Assembly: GCA_965644495.1 (NCBI GenBank)
Contig: CBFFSA010000003.1
Span: 248,001 to 312,000 of the forward strand
Length of the DNA: 64,000 nt
Source: Perkinsela sp. CCAP 1560/9
Taxonomy: Eukaryota > Protista > Euglenozoa: Kinetoplastea
Direction of reading: 5' to 3'
The translations under genes and the position numbers were made by a program. The notes beneath the pieces were generated by a model that was not told the DNA's origin, searched no databases, and was given only the letters and a program-made list of their open reading frames with translations. Position 1 is the first letter of the stretch; each line of letters opens with the position of its first letter. This document shows positions 52,442-63,594 of this stretch, piece by piece.

Positions 52442-52806
52442 GAGGGGACATTAGTAGGAGGAATTCAGAGGACGGTTTTTAAGATCGCTAAAGGTATGTT
52501 ATTGCGAAGAAAAAGGTTTGCTTTTATGTCCTGTGATTCAAATCTTATAGATATACAGATATATCTTCTAGATATATAGATATATCTTTGTAGATGTATG
52601 ACACTATATTTTTTTGATAACCCTATCATGCCCCGTCATGCAAAAAATAAGCATACGGCTTTGATATTTAACTTAATAGGCATGCTTCATTTTTTGATGA
52701 GCTTCTGTTTCAAGCGTAAGAAATTTATTTTTCCCCAAAACGAGTGATTGCAGAGATCTTTGTAGATTTCCCAATGCGTTCATTTTTTCAGAGAGTTTTA
52801 CGAATC

Positions 52807-53226
52807 TTACCCATCGGCAAAGACAATGCCTTGAGTCTCGAGAACTCGGCTTCTCTTCGCCTTTATCTCGGCAGCTCGTTCAGCGCGCTCTTTACTGAAA
52901 TAGCTCACATTCAGAAAGCGGTTACCAATTTTCATGTTGTGTAGGGTATCGACTGCTTGTTTTGCATCATAAATGTGAGCAAACAGCACGAATGTCGTTC
53001 CTTTAGTATGAGGTGTATTCCCCCTCCACACATTTTCGATTTCTCCACAGCGTCCAAATAACTCGTAGATTTGTTCCACCGTCACTGCACGGGGAAGTTG
53101 ACGTATGAAAAGCAGGCGGCATGCCTCGTTGGGTAACACGGGTGGGAGAGAGACGATAGACTGATACTCATCTGCTGCTTGTGAGGAACGAATGGCCGAG
53201 AAATTACTCCTGTCGGTAGAGTGCAT
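52807..53226 (-). CDS. SF3B6: U2 snRNP SF3b p14 (RRM)
   Basis: 'LPNEACRLLFIRQLP', 'IYELFGRCG', 'GNTPHTKGTTFV...IYDAKQAVDTL'. Confidence 0.88.
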   Translation of the reverse strand: MHSTDRSNFSAIRSSQAADEYQSIVSLPPVLPNEACRLLFIRQLPRAVTVEQIYELFGRCGEIENVWRGNTPHTKGTTFVLFAHIYDAKQAVDTLHNMKIGNRFLNVSYFSKERAERAAEIKAKRSRVLETQGIVFADG

Positions 53227-53400
53227 AAAACGTTGAGAAGTAAAAATAAGAAATTCGAATGACTACTACCCTCGTTTAATAGTTGATGCGATCACTATTC
53301 CAACAATACGATACACATTAAAACTCAACTATAGCACATGTATACAGTATAACACTATAGCACATACATGCACATTAAAGCACAACTATAGCATCCTCTT

Positions 53401-54213
53401 TCAAATCGTAACCTTTGCAGGGGCCTTTTCTGGAAGCATGTCTTGAAACTCATTGTTGGACGCATCTAACTGCTCGAAATGAATCGGAAGGTCACGGACG
53501 TCCAGTATTCCACTAAAAGAATTTTCTGCAACGAGCAATACGTTCAGGTTATGTAGAAACCCGTGTAGATGAAGTTCTCCACTTAGTTTATTGGCTGAGA
53601 GGCTTAAGTAGTGCAGGGAAGCAGGAACCACACTCAGGTCCAAAGACCCACTTAAACCATTTCGTTCTAGTGATAGATACTCAAGAGGGATCTGTATATC
53701 GCCTAGTTGTACTCTTCCCTCAATAGAGTTGTTATCAAGACACAGAATGCGCAGACCGTCGGGGAGATCCCGGAGCTGCAGTTCTCCCGAAAAAGAGTTC
53801 ATCGGAGCTGATATTTCATGCACTTGAGCAGGGAAATCTTTCAACGTGATCGGGTGGAGGAGCACGTTGCCTCGCAGATGAAACGACCGCAAGGAAAGGG
53901 GGAGGGAATCCCAGTTCAGCTTGCCCAATAGACCGTAATCGAGCCACGTAATCTTAACCACCTCGTTGCTAGAGTCACAGATCACCCCTTTCCATGTACA
54001 CACGGAGACAGGGCGCCTTCCCAAGAGTTTGCGGGTAGAGACAACCCACGATTTATCCGGATTCGTGATATATTGAATAAATCGCGGTAGACACATCTCG
54101 GAAGACATGGCAGTGCCCTTGACTTTATGTGTGCGAGATGGCTTATCAGCTTGATGCGTCCAACTCACGCTCAGAAGTAAAATCAAACTTTTGAACAAAA
54201 AGTACATCGGCAT
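53401..54213 (-). CDS. Leucine-rich repeat protein with probable signal peptide
   Basis: Hydrophobic N-terminus (MYFLFKSLILLLSVSW), 'CTWKGVIC' cap, about 24-aa LxxLPxxLxxLxLxxNxLSG repeats. Confidence 0.88.
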   Translation of the reverse strand: MPMYFLFKSLILLLSVSWTHQADKPSRTHKVKGTAMSSEMCLPRFIQYITNPDKSWVVSTRKLLGRRPVSVCTWKGVICDSSNEVVKITWLDYGLLGKLNWDSLPLSLRSFHLRGNVLLHPITLKDFPAQVHEISAPMNSFSGELQLRDLPDGLRILCLDNNSIEGRVQLGDIQIPLEYLSLERNGLSGSLDLSVVPASLHYLSLSANKLSGELHLHGFLHNLNVLLVAENSFSGILDVRDLPIHFEQLDASNNEFQDMLPEKAPAKVTI

Positions 54214-54632
54214 ATAATCTAAAAAAATACGCACCGTTTCCAGAAAAAGGACAAGGTGAAGACTTATGCACTGCTCCTTCGTACAACAGTAGTAAGAAAT
54301 CCAAAGGCATTTTTTTCACGATATAAATTACACGTTACATGAATCCAACGTACACACAAATTCAGACGTATTTTTACAAATGATGGCATTTACCTCAAAA
54401 TGTGTTGAGTAAAAAAGATGTAATTTCGAATGAACACGCAGAACACTATCACACACACTTTTCCTAAAATTATAAAAGAACGAAGAATACACACCGCTAG
54501 ACTTTCATGTGAGATTACATACTGCTCTTGGCATACACCAAATCGGAGATAATTATCCGGAAATATCCCTCTACCACGCAAATGGTATTCCTCGAAATGC
54601 AGTCACACCATAGTGTTGTCACACTATTCCTC

Positions 54633-57600
54633 TCACCGTGAGCGATACTGACTGGTTTCATTCTTATTTCGGATGCCCTCCAATTTCCTCGTGACCGTTT
54701 CATTCGTGTGCGTCACTAAGTAGCAGTTCTTCCGTATCCTCACCGACTGGCCCAGGCACATAAACGTCCCGAGCCGTAGCGCGTCTTGCTCCACCTCCCT
54801 TGTATGGACCTGGATGTGTCCGCACCCCTCCAGCATGGAGGTCGGGCCTACTTTCGCCCCAATGGCCTCCCCGAGCGCTTTTGCGAGAATAAGCGGAATG
54901 TTTAGCTTTGCATTTCCTTTCGGTACCGGAATGGGCTCCACCAGTACCGCAGGAATACTACTCACCAGCTCCTCCTCACTGGCATGGGTCACCACTACCT
55001 TTGCGGAGACTGCCGAGCGCATATGGGAACTCGCTACGGCGTCCTGCATGCTCTGCTGTTTTCGTAGGCTGCTGTTCACATAGGGCCGCATTTCATTCCG
55101 GAAATCCGACAGGGTTCGAGCACTTCGAGAATCATTGATGGAACGGTGACTCGCGTCCTCTTCTCCTCCAAAAACATGATCGATGGCACGTTTCGCGGCT
55201 TCTGCAGCCTCGTGACTATCCCGGGTTTCACTCGAGGCTTCTTTATGGTTTGCAGGACGCGGGACGAAATTAACCGTTTGGGTTTCCCCATGTCGCATCA
55301 ATCCTTCCGAAGAAGAAGCTAAAGTCCCATTCCTCATGTTCGAAGGCTCCGATTGGATAATCCCCTCCTGCTGCAGCCGCGTGAGATAGTCGCGTTTCTT
55401 TGAGGCCTTCTGGCCCTCACTGCGGGCCTGTGTCCCGGCAGAATCCGATCGTTGCGTCATGGAGAGCAGAAGCCGACTGGTGTCGTATGGGTTATGGGCC
55501 ATAGGAATGGAGGGGCAGGCGTGGAGTAAACTGGACTCATAAAAACGATGGAGCTCGTTTGAGGGGGTGAGGAACTCGAGCAGATTTCGCACCTCTTTGA
55601 GAATTTCAGGAGGGCTCTCAAGCGCGGAGAGTTGCTGGATTTTGGACTCCAGGTGACGTTGTTTCGTGGCGGTAATGAGGGAAACAACGCGGTCCAGGAC
55701 GCTTCGTTGGAGCACACTTCGAGGAGGCTCGGGGCGGTCTGCGGTGAACGTATCGGATGCCATAGTGTTTTTTGACAAGGAAGTGTTGCACAGGGGCGCT
55801 TTGTACGCAGTCGAGGTCAGCCATGTGTGTTGCTCCTGTTCTTTGTCTTCCATAGGTTCGTCCGAGCTGTCTTTGGATAAGGTCCATACCAGGGCTTGCA
55901 TAATTTCATCGGATGCCTTGAGAGGAGAGCTACTGAACACATGTTTTAAATGTTTACGAAGAACCATAAAGTGGGGCACTGTAATGTCACCATCACCTAC
56001 AAACAAGAGTCCCTTATCGACTAAAACAGAGCTTAGTGTGGTGTTCATTGGCAGCTTGTCATCATAGGTAAAGGTTTTTCCCGGTCGACGTACAGAGGTG
56101 ATGCGCCATGCGTCTTCTGGGCCCTGTGACTCTTCATTGGTCTCCAATATGGAGGGATGAAACCATTTGCGAGTCAGAGGCGGGTACCAACCCCTGGTGA
56201 GCGTACCGGTTCGAGACTTCACAGAGGAATGGCTCTGTTTCCCAGGCGTTGGCTTGTTTTGTGATGAAGAGTGGTACGGGGTTTCCACAATACATTCTTT
56301 GGCAATAAGAAGCAGAGGAAGCGTTGACAATTCACAGCAGTCAAAGTATTTGGACGGTACAAAGTCGGTAGTGGGAAAGGCGGTGCAAAGATACATGGTG
56401 CCTCCTATTTGAATTCTGGAAGTGTAACAAAAAATAGAATCGCCCCAAGAATATTTTGGCTTGATAGCAGGTAATGAAATGTTCTCTGACAGGGCTTTCA
56501 GCAGGGATTGTGTTGTCCCAACGAACGGAATTAGTTCCTTAATGCTTTCTTTCTTCTGAGACAAATTTTGATCCCGCTTCAGACTATTTATTAGTGGTAG
56601 GATCATGATTTCTTCGGGGGTAGTATTGCCCGTGTAAAATTTTGAGCGACGAAGACATATCTCTGGATAAGTTGCCCCCATTCGCACGAACTGATGAATA
56701 CAATCTAGCTCCTTGGCTCCGTCATCTGATAAGGAGTTTGTTTTCATGAGCAATAAATATTCCGCGAGGAAGGCTGCAGGAGAATAAAGCAGTTGGTTTC
56801 CTTCCTGGAAAGTGACCTGATAGGTCTTTTCCGGATACAATTTGGGAATACATTGACTCATAACGTCCGTAGGCTCCCAGTCATATTCAAGCAAAAGATC
56901 GGCTGCTGCTGCGAAAGCAGCGTCACTTGAACAAGAAAATGCTGTGCCTAACCCCAATAACTTTAGAGAGGATAATCCGGGCCCGAGGCAAAGAAATTTC
57001 CCGGTCATGACACCTAGTGGCGTAACTTCCCCTTTCAAGCCTATCAAGCCATTTAAATACAGGCGATGCTCGGTAGTCTTCGCACAGTACTCGAGTGCTG
57101 GTTGCGGGATTGCGATGCCAAACAGCACCATCTGCTCTGAAATATTCAACCGCATCAGATGTGCTATGAAAATTGGAAGCCCTAAATCAATTTCTGAGCT
57201 TTCTGGCAGCAATGAATACATGTTTTGGCTCGATGCCTCAGATCGATCCCCTGGAAAGCGAGCAAGAAAATTTTGACGCTCATGCCGTACATAACCTTTT
57301 TCAACGCCCTCAGTAACGAAACTCGAAACTTCAAATTTCTCAGCATTTTGACAGTAAAAGAAATCGCACCTGGGAATTAAGCTTGCTAGCACAACATTTT
57401 TCTCCAGGTCAAATACTGGATGGACGCGCTCCGGACGTTTTGAGTAATAGTACGTGTTCGTTGAGGCGTCATAGTCTGGGCCCACGTTTGGGGCACATCC
57501 GTCAGACACAACCAGGACACTTTTAAAAGGTGAGTCTTCGTATTCATTCAAAATAATCGAAGCCGTGCGCGTGTCCAAAGGAAACCGCGCCAGAGCGAAT

Positions 57601-58814
57601 GATCGCATCAGTTTGTTTGATGGAGACTCGTTCTCCTGAAATTTTTTAGTAAAAAGATCGAACCCGAGCTCTCCTGGCAGATAGTGTCTCTGTGTGTAGT
57701 CTTCCAAGTCACAGCTCTTCCAAACAGCAGCGAAATGTTTTAACAGTAAGTTGCGAAATTGGCTGACACTTTCGACGAGCAGTAAGCAAGGCAGGGGAAT
57801 ATTGGAGCCGACTACTCCTGTTAAAGCATCGATCAACACGTTATGTTGTATTTCAGAAATACAAGAGATTTCGCTGCTCGGTGGTGAAGGGAGATATGGT
57901 GTCACGAAATTTGATGTCAGTTGGTCCGCAGGCTGCGCAAGCGAAAATGTCAAAGCCCGTAGCAAGTTTTCCTGCGACATGGGATCTACTTCCCCTTGCA
58001 GATAGCTCCGAAACCACGCCCGAGTGAGGGGTGCAACCGTAGAAGATGTACCAAACATAATCCGAGTCACTGCGTTGCGTGTTAAAAAGTGGCGAAGGAC
58101 CATTAACAGCGCAATCTCGTCCTGCAGCACTTGAAAAGTGGGGCAGGACCTCTCGCATGGACGGCTCCCCCAATTTGTCTCACAGTACGCTATGACATCC
58201 GTTATATCCTCCACAAACACAGAGAACCGTTCCATGCCTGTTTTTGACATTAAGAGATGAAGCATTGACCGGGGAGTGAGATAAATCACCTGGGAGGCTG
58301 CCGTTGTCCGTAGTTTTTCACTTTCCACCTGAAGAAACGGATTATACCACGTGATTAGACCGTCTTGCTCGCTACACGTCTCCGCTGCGGCCTGTTGCGC
58401 GGCTTTCTGGCACAGTAGGTCCGAGAGGCGCACCACGAACGTGCGTTCCCGGGAGAACTCCTCGAGCTCTACCCAGGCTTGAGGGATTTGTACCGCGGCG
58501 CCTACACGCATGGGGTCCGGATAGCATTCCAGAATAGCAACTTGTCTTCCTCGGAGAAATTGAATCGCCTCATGACGGGCTGAGTACGCTGCGAGATTTT
58601 GTTTTCGCGCGACGTATTTCATTTTGTTCATTACGTTGTGTTTTCGCCGACGTAATGCCGCCCGATCTTGTGGGACAAAGGGAGGGGGGAGGGTGGGGTC
58701 GAGGGGTTGTGGCTCGCGGGGTGGGGCTTTGGGAGTTGCGGAGAGAATGGAGTCCAAATGGGCGGCCTCGTCCTCGGAGACACGCAGGGAGAGGTCGATT
58801 TTGATTGGAGCCAT
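54633..58814 (-). CDS. Large protein with degenerate DEAH-helicase-like region and SURP-like motif
   Basis: Open 1393-aa frame from MAPIKID; 'LNGLI...VTPLG' resembles HA2; 'EFLTPSNELHRFY' resembles SURP. No Walker A or DEAH motif seen. Confidence 0.55.
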   Translation of the reverse strand: MAPIKIDLSLRVSEDEAAHLDSILSATPKAPPREPQPLDPTLPPPFVPQDRAALRRRKHNVMNKMKYVARKQNLAAYSARHEAIQFLRGRQVAILECYPDPMRVGAAVQIPQAWVELEEFSRERTFVVRLSDLLCQKAAQQAAAETCSEQDGLITWYNPFLQVESEKLRTTAASQVIYLTPRSMLHLLMSKTGMERFSVFVEDITDVIAYCETNWGSRPCERSCPTFQVLQDEIALLMVLRHFLTRNAVTRIMFGTSSTVAPLTRAWFRSYLQGEVDPMSQENLLRALTFSLAQPADQLTSNFVTPYLPSPPSSEISCISEIQHNVLIDALTGVVGSNIPLPCLLLVESVSQFRNLLLKHFAAVWKSCDLEDYTQRHYLPGELGFDLFTKKFQENESPSNKLMRSFALARFPLDTRTASIILNEYEDSPFKSVLVVSDGCAPNVGPDYDASTNTYYYSKRPERVHPVFDLEKNVVLASLIPRCDFFYCQNAEKFEVSSFVTEGVEKGYVRHERQNFLARFPGDRSEASSQNMYSLLPESSEIDLGLPIFIAHLMRLNISEQMVLFGIAIPQPALEYCAKTTEHRLYLNGLIGLKGEVTPLGVMTGKFLCLGPGLSSLKLLGLGTAFSCSSDAAFAAAADLLLEYDWEPTDVMSQCIPKLYPEKTYQVTFQEGNQLLYSPAAFLAEYLLLMKTNSLSDDGAKELDCIHQFVRMGATYPEICLRRSKFYTGNTTPEEIMILPLINSLKRDQNLSQKKESIKELIPFVGTTQSLLKALSENISLPAIKPKYSWGDSIFCYTSRIQIGGTMYLCTAFPTTDFVPSKYFDCCELSTLPLLLIAKECIVETPYHSSSQNKPTPGKQSHSSVKSRTGTLTRGWYPPLTRKWFHPSILETNEESQGPEDAWRITSVRRPGKTFTYDDKLPMNTTLSSVLVDKGLLFVGDGDITVPHFMVLRKHLKHVFSSSPLKASDEIMQALVWTLSKDSSDEPMEDKEQEQHTWLTSTAYKAPLCNTSLSKNTMASDTFTADRPEPPRSVLQRSVLDRVVSLITATKQRHLESKIQQLSALESPPEILKEVRNLLEFLTPSNELHRFYESSLLHACPSIPMAHNPYDTSRLLLSMTQRSDSAGTQARSEGQKASKKRDYLTRLQQEGIIQSEPSNMRNGTLASSSEGLMRHGETQTVNFVPRPANHKEASSETRDSHEAAEAAKRAIDHVFGGEEDASHRSINDSRSARTLSDFRNEMRPYVNSSLRKQQSMQDAVASSHMRSAVSAKVVVTHASEEELVSSIPAVLVEPIPVPKGNAKLNIPLILAKALGEAIGAKVGPTSMLEGCGHIQVHTREVEQDALRLGTFMCLGQSVRIRKNCYLVTHTNETVTRKLEGIRNKNETSQYRSR

Positions 58815-59045
58815 GGGATGCAAAAAGGGAATGCGAAAAAATGAGAAATATGTAAAAATAAATTGCACGAATGAGTATTCATGAAATATTTTGTGCAGTG
58901 GCAATCAAGATACACGTATGCATCCATTCAGCTTATTTTATAGCTTTTTTACAGAACAATACCTTCTTTAATTTATTCCTACAATTTTACCGTTTTCTTG
59001 TGACTTCCATTTCCACTTTTGCTCTTTACCACCGCAACTCCCTTC

Positions 59046-59690
59046 TCACGCACTACCAAACTTTCGCAGCAGCGCCACGTCCTCCGCGGACATGGCCTTC
59101 TGCGCTGCCGCCTCCCGTTCCTTCTGGGAGCGCTCCTTCGTCATGCGATCCGCAAACCACTCGGTGGAGGCCGCAATACGCTTGTTCTCGTATTTCTCGA
59201 CCACGCTTCGGTGATTCCATCCCACTTCCTTACAAACGTTTCCCAATTTCGTATATTTCCGGTGCGGGGCGTAGCGCGTGGGTCGCAGACACCCAGGGGC
59301 ACAGACCCGGCGTCCCTCGGTCAAAAGAAACTTGGGAATGCCCTCAAACACCTTCAGGCGGCTCAGGGCCTCCTGCCCTCGCTTATCCTTGGGGAGCATG
59401 CCGCGAACCACACGACGAAACATCATGCGGGGGGAGCGAAAATGAAACGGACCCTTCTTCGGGTTTGTCAAATGTTTTTTACGTAAAAAGTCCAGGAATT
59501 TCTTTTTATTTCGGAGCTCTGGCCCCGCAAGGTTGAGCTGTTCAGTTCGTGTGGCCGTGATGGTGTGACCCTCGAGGAGAGCTTTTGCAATCACCGCGGC
59601 AGTGCGCCCCACGAGGTGCTCTTTCAGGTCAATGACGGTGCCGTAGGTGACGGGACGGGTGGAGCGGTTAAGATCGCGTTTCTTGACCAT
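59046..59690 (-). CDS. RPL13A: 60S ribosomal protein uL13 (L13a)
   Basis: 'HLVGR', 'NPKKGPFHFRSP', 'VRGMLP', 'RLKVFEGIP', 'EVGW'. Confidence 0.97.
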   Translation of the reverse strand: MVKKRDLNRSTRPVTYGTVIDLKEHLVGRTAAVIAKALLEGHTITATRTEQLNLAGPELRNKKKFLDFLRKKHLTNPKKGPFHFRSPRMMFRRVVRGMLPKDKRGQEALSRLKVFEGIPKFLLTEGRRVCAPGCLRPTRYAPHRKYTKLGNVCKEVGWNHRSVVEKYENKRIAASTEWFADRMTKERSQKEREAAAQKAMSAEDVALLRKFGSA

Positions 59691-59879
59691 GGAAAAAACG
59701 ATAGAGGGATAATAATAATAAAAATCTAGGGGAGGTTTGTGTTGAGGTTTAAGGAAAGTGATACGCTGGAAAAATATGTAACATAACGCAGAAATAAGAG
59801 TACAGCTTCTACAAAACAATCTGAGCTGCTATGTTTTCGAACAACTTTGTGGGATACGCCACATCTTGATATCAAAAAT

Positions 59880-61040
59880 TTAAAAATCCGCGTCAGCAGC
59901 ATGAAAAGCCTCACGCGTGACGCTGCCCACATTTTTTGGATTGAAACATTCCTCATTCGTGAGATACATGGTAATCAGATCCGGGGGGACGTATTCCACG
60001 CTGGGACACACCACCTGACATAACTCATTGGGATGAATTGCCCCTAGCACCCCATTTTGAGGAAGAACGGTGGCCGGATTCTGGCTTTTAAACGGATACT
60101 CCCCCAGTTCCGATCCCTTAATCATTCGATTCCTATTCGAAGGGTGTGGAAAGTGAGGCACAAAACACTCCACGGGGGCGATCACAACAACTGGTTTTTG
60201 AAAATGACGTGCGCATAACGCCATCGGGTAGCTTCCGGCGTTCGCCATCATACCCCCATTGGCCAACACAAGACGAGCCTCGATGAGCACTTGAGTCACT
60301 CTGGTCATGAAAGAATACAGGGAACTGTCTCCGAGGACTTCGGTTGTGATCCCTTTTTTGCGTAGTCGCTCGGGATTGAGATCGCTGGAGGCACAGCTCT
60401 CCGGGAGAGTCACCGAGAACGTTTTCTGAGATGCAGATTTGGTGAGCATTTGCTCCATAACGGGTGAGTGGCCTGACACAAGGAGTCGGTCGCCTTCCCG
60501 GATGCTTTGGACGAATTGTTCACGGAGACCGTCCGGGGTATGAACGATTTCTTGAATGTATTCTGTAATCCCGCAGAGAACATCTTCCTGGATCGTATCC
60601 CATGATACGTCGAAAAGAGGGTGGATCATGTCATGGCTGGGGGATAAGACTGGTTCGTTTTCATTTTCCAGTGTCTTCTCATTTAGATTTGTTTCTTTTT
60701 TTTCCACTTTTTCTTGCTGTTCGTGAAGTTCTTCACGAATAACTGCGAGTACACGTCGAAAAACGTTGGAGAGTAAAGGGCCATGTGTTGTGATGCGAGA
60801 AAATAACTTCCCATATTGACGCAAAATATCAATAAGTTTCCGAGTAGAACACTCCGACGGTTGAGCTGCCAGAACGGACCTGAGGGATTCCGTTGTTAGT
60901 TTCATGTAAGATAAGGTTGATAGAGGTTTGGTGTGGGTGAAGTAGTGCCCATAGACAACCTTCTCTCGTAATTCTTCAAGTGGTTCGAAGCCTGGTATAA
61001 CTTTCATTGCGCCATCTTTTACAGAGGTATCAGTCGTCAT
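59880..61040 (-). CDS. EIF2B2: Translation initiation factor eIF2B beta subunit
   Basis: 'NVFRRVLAVIREE', 'VLANGG..A.AG...ALCARHF..PVVV', 'EYVPPDLITMYLTN'. Confidence 0.88.
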   Translation of the reverse strand: MTTDTSVKDGAMKVIPGFEPLEELREKVVYGHYFTHTKPLSTLSYMKLTTESLRSVLAAQPSECSTRKLIDILRQYGKLFSRITTHGPLLSNVFRRVLAVIREELHEQQEKVEKKETNLNEKTLENENEPVLSPSHDMIHPLFDVSWDTIQEDVLCGITEYIQEIVHTPDGLREQFVQSIREGDRLLVSGHSPVMEQMLTKSASQKTFSVTLPESCASSDLNPERLRKKGITTEVLGDSSLYSFMTRVTQVLIEARLVLANGGMMANAGSYPMALCARHFQKPVVVIAPVECFVPHFPHPSNRNRMIKGSELGEYPFKSQNPATVLPQNGVLGAIHPNELCQVVCPSVEYVPPDLITMYLTNEECFNPKNVGSVTREAFHAADADF

Positions 61041-61260
61041 GATTCTTTTGAAACAGGTTTAAGCAAAGTCGCAAATCATGGGAATAGCATCTTAGTAGGC
61101 CATGTAACAAGTAGCTAGTATACAAATAAGAGAACCAATGCACCGTTAACAAAAGTTTCTGCCACATATCAACTAAAAGGAGTGAAATGAAACAATACTT
61201 GAACTAGAATCTGTATTTTGGCATACTATGTACAAAACATTTCACAGAACCAGCCCCCAT

Positions 61261-62910
61261 CTAAACCTTTTGAGGACCAAGAATCGATTCTATCTCACTC
61301 GCATCGAGCTCTTTTTTCTTAACGAGCTCCTCTGTGATGGCCTGCAGCTCCTTTTTTCTGGGACGCAAAAGGCTAAGTGTGATCTCCTGTGCCTTGTGCA
61401 GCAGCTCATTCGCCTTCTGTTCCGCCACGTTTTGGCTCTGCTCACTAAAACTCACAAACGCCTGCCCGCGGCCAATCTCGTCCGGCGAATGCGACAGCCG
61501 TCCCACCCCTTTATCAAACCCAAATGTCAGCACGTGGTTCAAACACACCTTTGTGGCCTTTTGTAAATCATCGACGGCTCCGGTACTGATTTGCGCATCA
61601 TACATCAGCGTCTCCGCGACCCTCCCTCCCAACAACACACAGACCTCGTGAAATAACTTCACATCGGTGTCATACTCATACGCCTCCGCGCCTTTTCGTT
61701 GGGTATACCCCAACACGGAACCACGAGGGCGGACACTCACCTTTAGCACCTCCCCTCGTCGCTGTTGGGACAACGGCAGCAGCCACGCGGTCATCGCATG
61801 GCCACACTCGTGACAGGCCGTGCGGGTCGTCCCATCCACCCCGACCCGGGAGCGTGACAGTTGTTTCCCAATCGTGACATCCTCAATCGCGTCACGTAGG
61901 CATTTCGGGGTCACCGCCGGGAGTCCTTTTAGCGAGGCGCCCAACGCTGCCTCATTGACAATGGTGGCAATGGTGGCCGGGGAGAGCCCGGGGGTGAGAT
62001 CTGCGAGTTGTGTTGCGACCTCCTCCCCCTTACATTCCGGAGAGAGCGTCACACGCCCGAGGTAAAACTGAAATAACTCCTTTCGCGCTCCCTTATCTGG
62101 CATTTCAATATCCACTTTACGATCGAATCGGCCCTCTCGTAGTAACGCCGGGTCAATGCTGTCTTTCAAATTTGTCGCGGCGAAGACCACAATGCGATCC
62201 GTGTTGCCGTGGGCCAATCCGTCGAGCTCCGAGAGCAGCTGGTTCACCGTTCGATTCTCCTCACTGGAGACCCCCCCGGGTCCTCCTCCTCGGTTCGCGT
62301 GCCGGCTCCCGATGGCATCGATTTCATCTATAAAAACAACCGACGGCATGGACTTCCGAGCCTCTTCGAAAAGTTCGCGGACTCTTTTCGGTCCACTGCC
62401 GCCATAGATTTCCACAAAATCGCTGCCATTACAGGAGAAAAACGGAACCTTGGCTTCTCCCGCCACCGCCTTGGCCAATAAAGTCTTTCCGGTGCCCGGC
62501 TCCCCGGTGAGTAGACACCCCCGAGGCATGCGCGCCCCCAGCCTTGTGAATTTCCCGCTGTCTTTTAAAAACTCAAGGTACTGCTGTATTTCCCGTTTCG
62601 CTTCCGGGATGCCAATGACACTATCAAAGGAGGTCCCTTTGAGGTCGACTCTAAAGTTGCGTGGCGCCACCGGGGAGAACAGATCCATCATGCCGCCGCT
62701 CCCCCCACCCCCGGGGCGGGAGACTTTGCTCATCCGACGAAATAAGGCAAACGACAGCGCCGCGGGGATCCCGACCCAGAGGAGCGGGCCAAAGGTGTTT
62801 CGCAGGAAATTAGGCTGCGAACGTTCGTAGTGCTGCTGGGCGTCACGGCGTCCACGCTCGTAGGGGTCCTCGTAGGAGGGGGGGAGGGGGGAAGGGGGGG
62901 AGGAGAACAT
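61261..62910 (-). CDS. FtsH/AFG3-family mitochondrial ATP-dependent Zn metalloprotease
   Basis: TM helix, [14 protein letters not shown], '[10 protein letters not shown]', HECGH, 'LGGRVAE', 'STGAVDDL'. Confidence 0.95.
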   Translation of the reverse strand: MFSSPPSPLPPSYEDPYERGRRDAQQHYERSQPNFLRNTFGPLLWVGIPAALSFALFRRMSKVSRPGGGGSGGMMDLFSPVAPRNFRVDLKGTSFDSVIGIPEAKREIQQYLEFLKDSGKFTRLGARMPRGCLLTGEPGTGKTLLAKAVAGEAKVPFFSCNGSDFVEIYGGSGPKRVRELFEEARKSMPSVVFIDEIDAIGSRHANRGGGPGGVSSEENRTVNQLLSELDGLAHGNTDRIVVFAATNLKDSIDPALLREGRFDRKVDIEMPDKGARKELFQFYLGRVTLSPECKGEEVATQLADLTPGLSPATIATIVNEAALGASLKGLPAVTPKCLRDAIEDVTIGKQLSRSRVGVDGTTRTACHECGHAMTAWLLPLSQQRRGEVLKVSVRPRGSVLGYTQRKGAEAYEYDTDVKLFHEVCVLLGGRVAETLMYDAQISTGAVDDLQKATKVCLNHVLTFGFDKGVGRLSHSPDEIGRGQAFVSFSEQSQNVAEQKANELLHKAQEITLSLLRPRKKELQAITEELVKKKELDASEIESILGPQKV

Positions 62911-63168
62911 GGAGAGAGGGAGGGAGTGGGGGAAAGAGAGTTAGATCTTGTGAACAAGAAATAAAGAATAAGTAAGGTTCAAGTCAAAAAATTGATCCCA
63001 ATACGTGCATATGGAAAAAAGAAAAGAAAGTTTGAGAAAATAATATTTATCTAGACATTTTCAATGCTCTTACCTCCGCTTTCTGTTTCAATATGGAGAA
63101 ATGTTACCCACATCGACTCCACCTCCCACAATATCATCTTCACTTTCCCCCATCTCTCCCTGCCGTGC

Positions 63169-63594
63169 TTAACGGTAGGACTTCGTAAACTTCGAACGTG
63201 CTCCGTGGCAGCCATACTTCTTCGGCTCCCGACGGCGTGGGTCAGCGACCAGCAGGCTGCGGTCAAAGTGCAGCAGCGCCTCCTTCACCTCCTGTTTCTC
63301 CAGCTCGCTGTGGTGTTTCTGGTAATACGCCACCAGGGCCTTGGAGATGGCCTGTCGCGTGGCATAGACCTGACTCACCTGACCCCCTCCACGGACGCGG
63401 ATGCGAATGTCAATGTCCCGGGCGCGGGCGGCCCCGATGATGTGAAGCGGCTCGAAGAGCTTTTGGCGCAGCGGGGCGGGTTGCACGAGGTGAAGCGGCT
63501 GGCCGTTGACACGAATCTGGCCGTGTCCGCGAAACGCGGTCGCACACGCCACGCTGGTCTTCTTTTTCCCAAAGGTTTGGACTTTATCGCTCAT
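63169..63594 (-). CDS. RPS16: 40S ribosomal protein uS9 (S16)
   Basis: 'VQTFGKKKT', 'VRGGG..SQVYA.RQAISK', 'LLVADPRRREPKK', terminal KSYR. Confidence 0.98.
   Translation of the reverse strand: MSDKVQTFGKKKTSVACATAFRGHGQIRVNGQPLHLVQPAPLRQKLFEPLHIIGAARARDIDIRIRVRGGGQVSQVYATRQAISKALVAYYQKHHSELEKQEVKEALLHFDRSLLVADPRRREPKKYGCHGARSKFTKSYR

Larger units (their letters stand above)
1407..63594 (-). other. Directional (polycistronic) gene cluster of kinetoplastid type
   Basis: All recognisable housekeeping genes are minus-strand and intron-less, with short spacers; purine-rich plus-strand tracts (polypyrimidine on the sense strand) precede many starts, consistent with SL trans-splicing. Confidence 0.85.
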
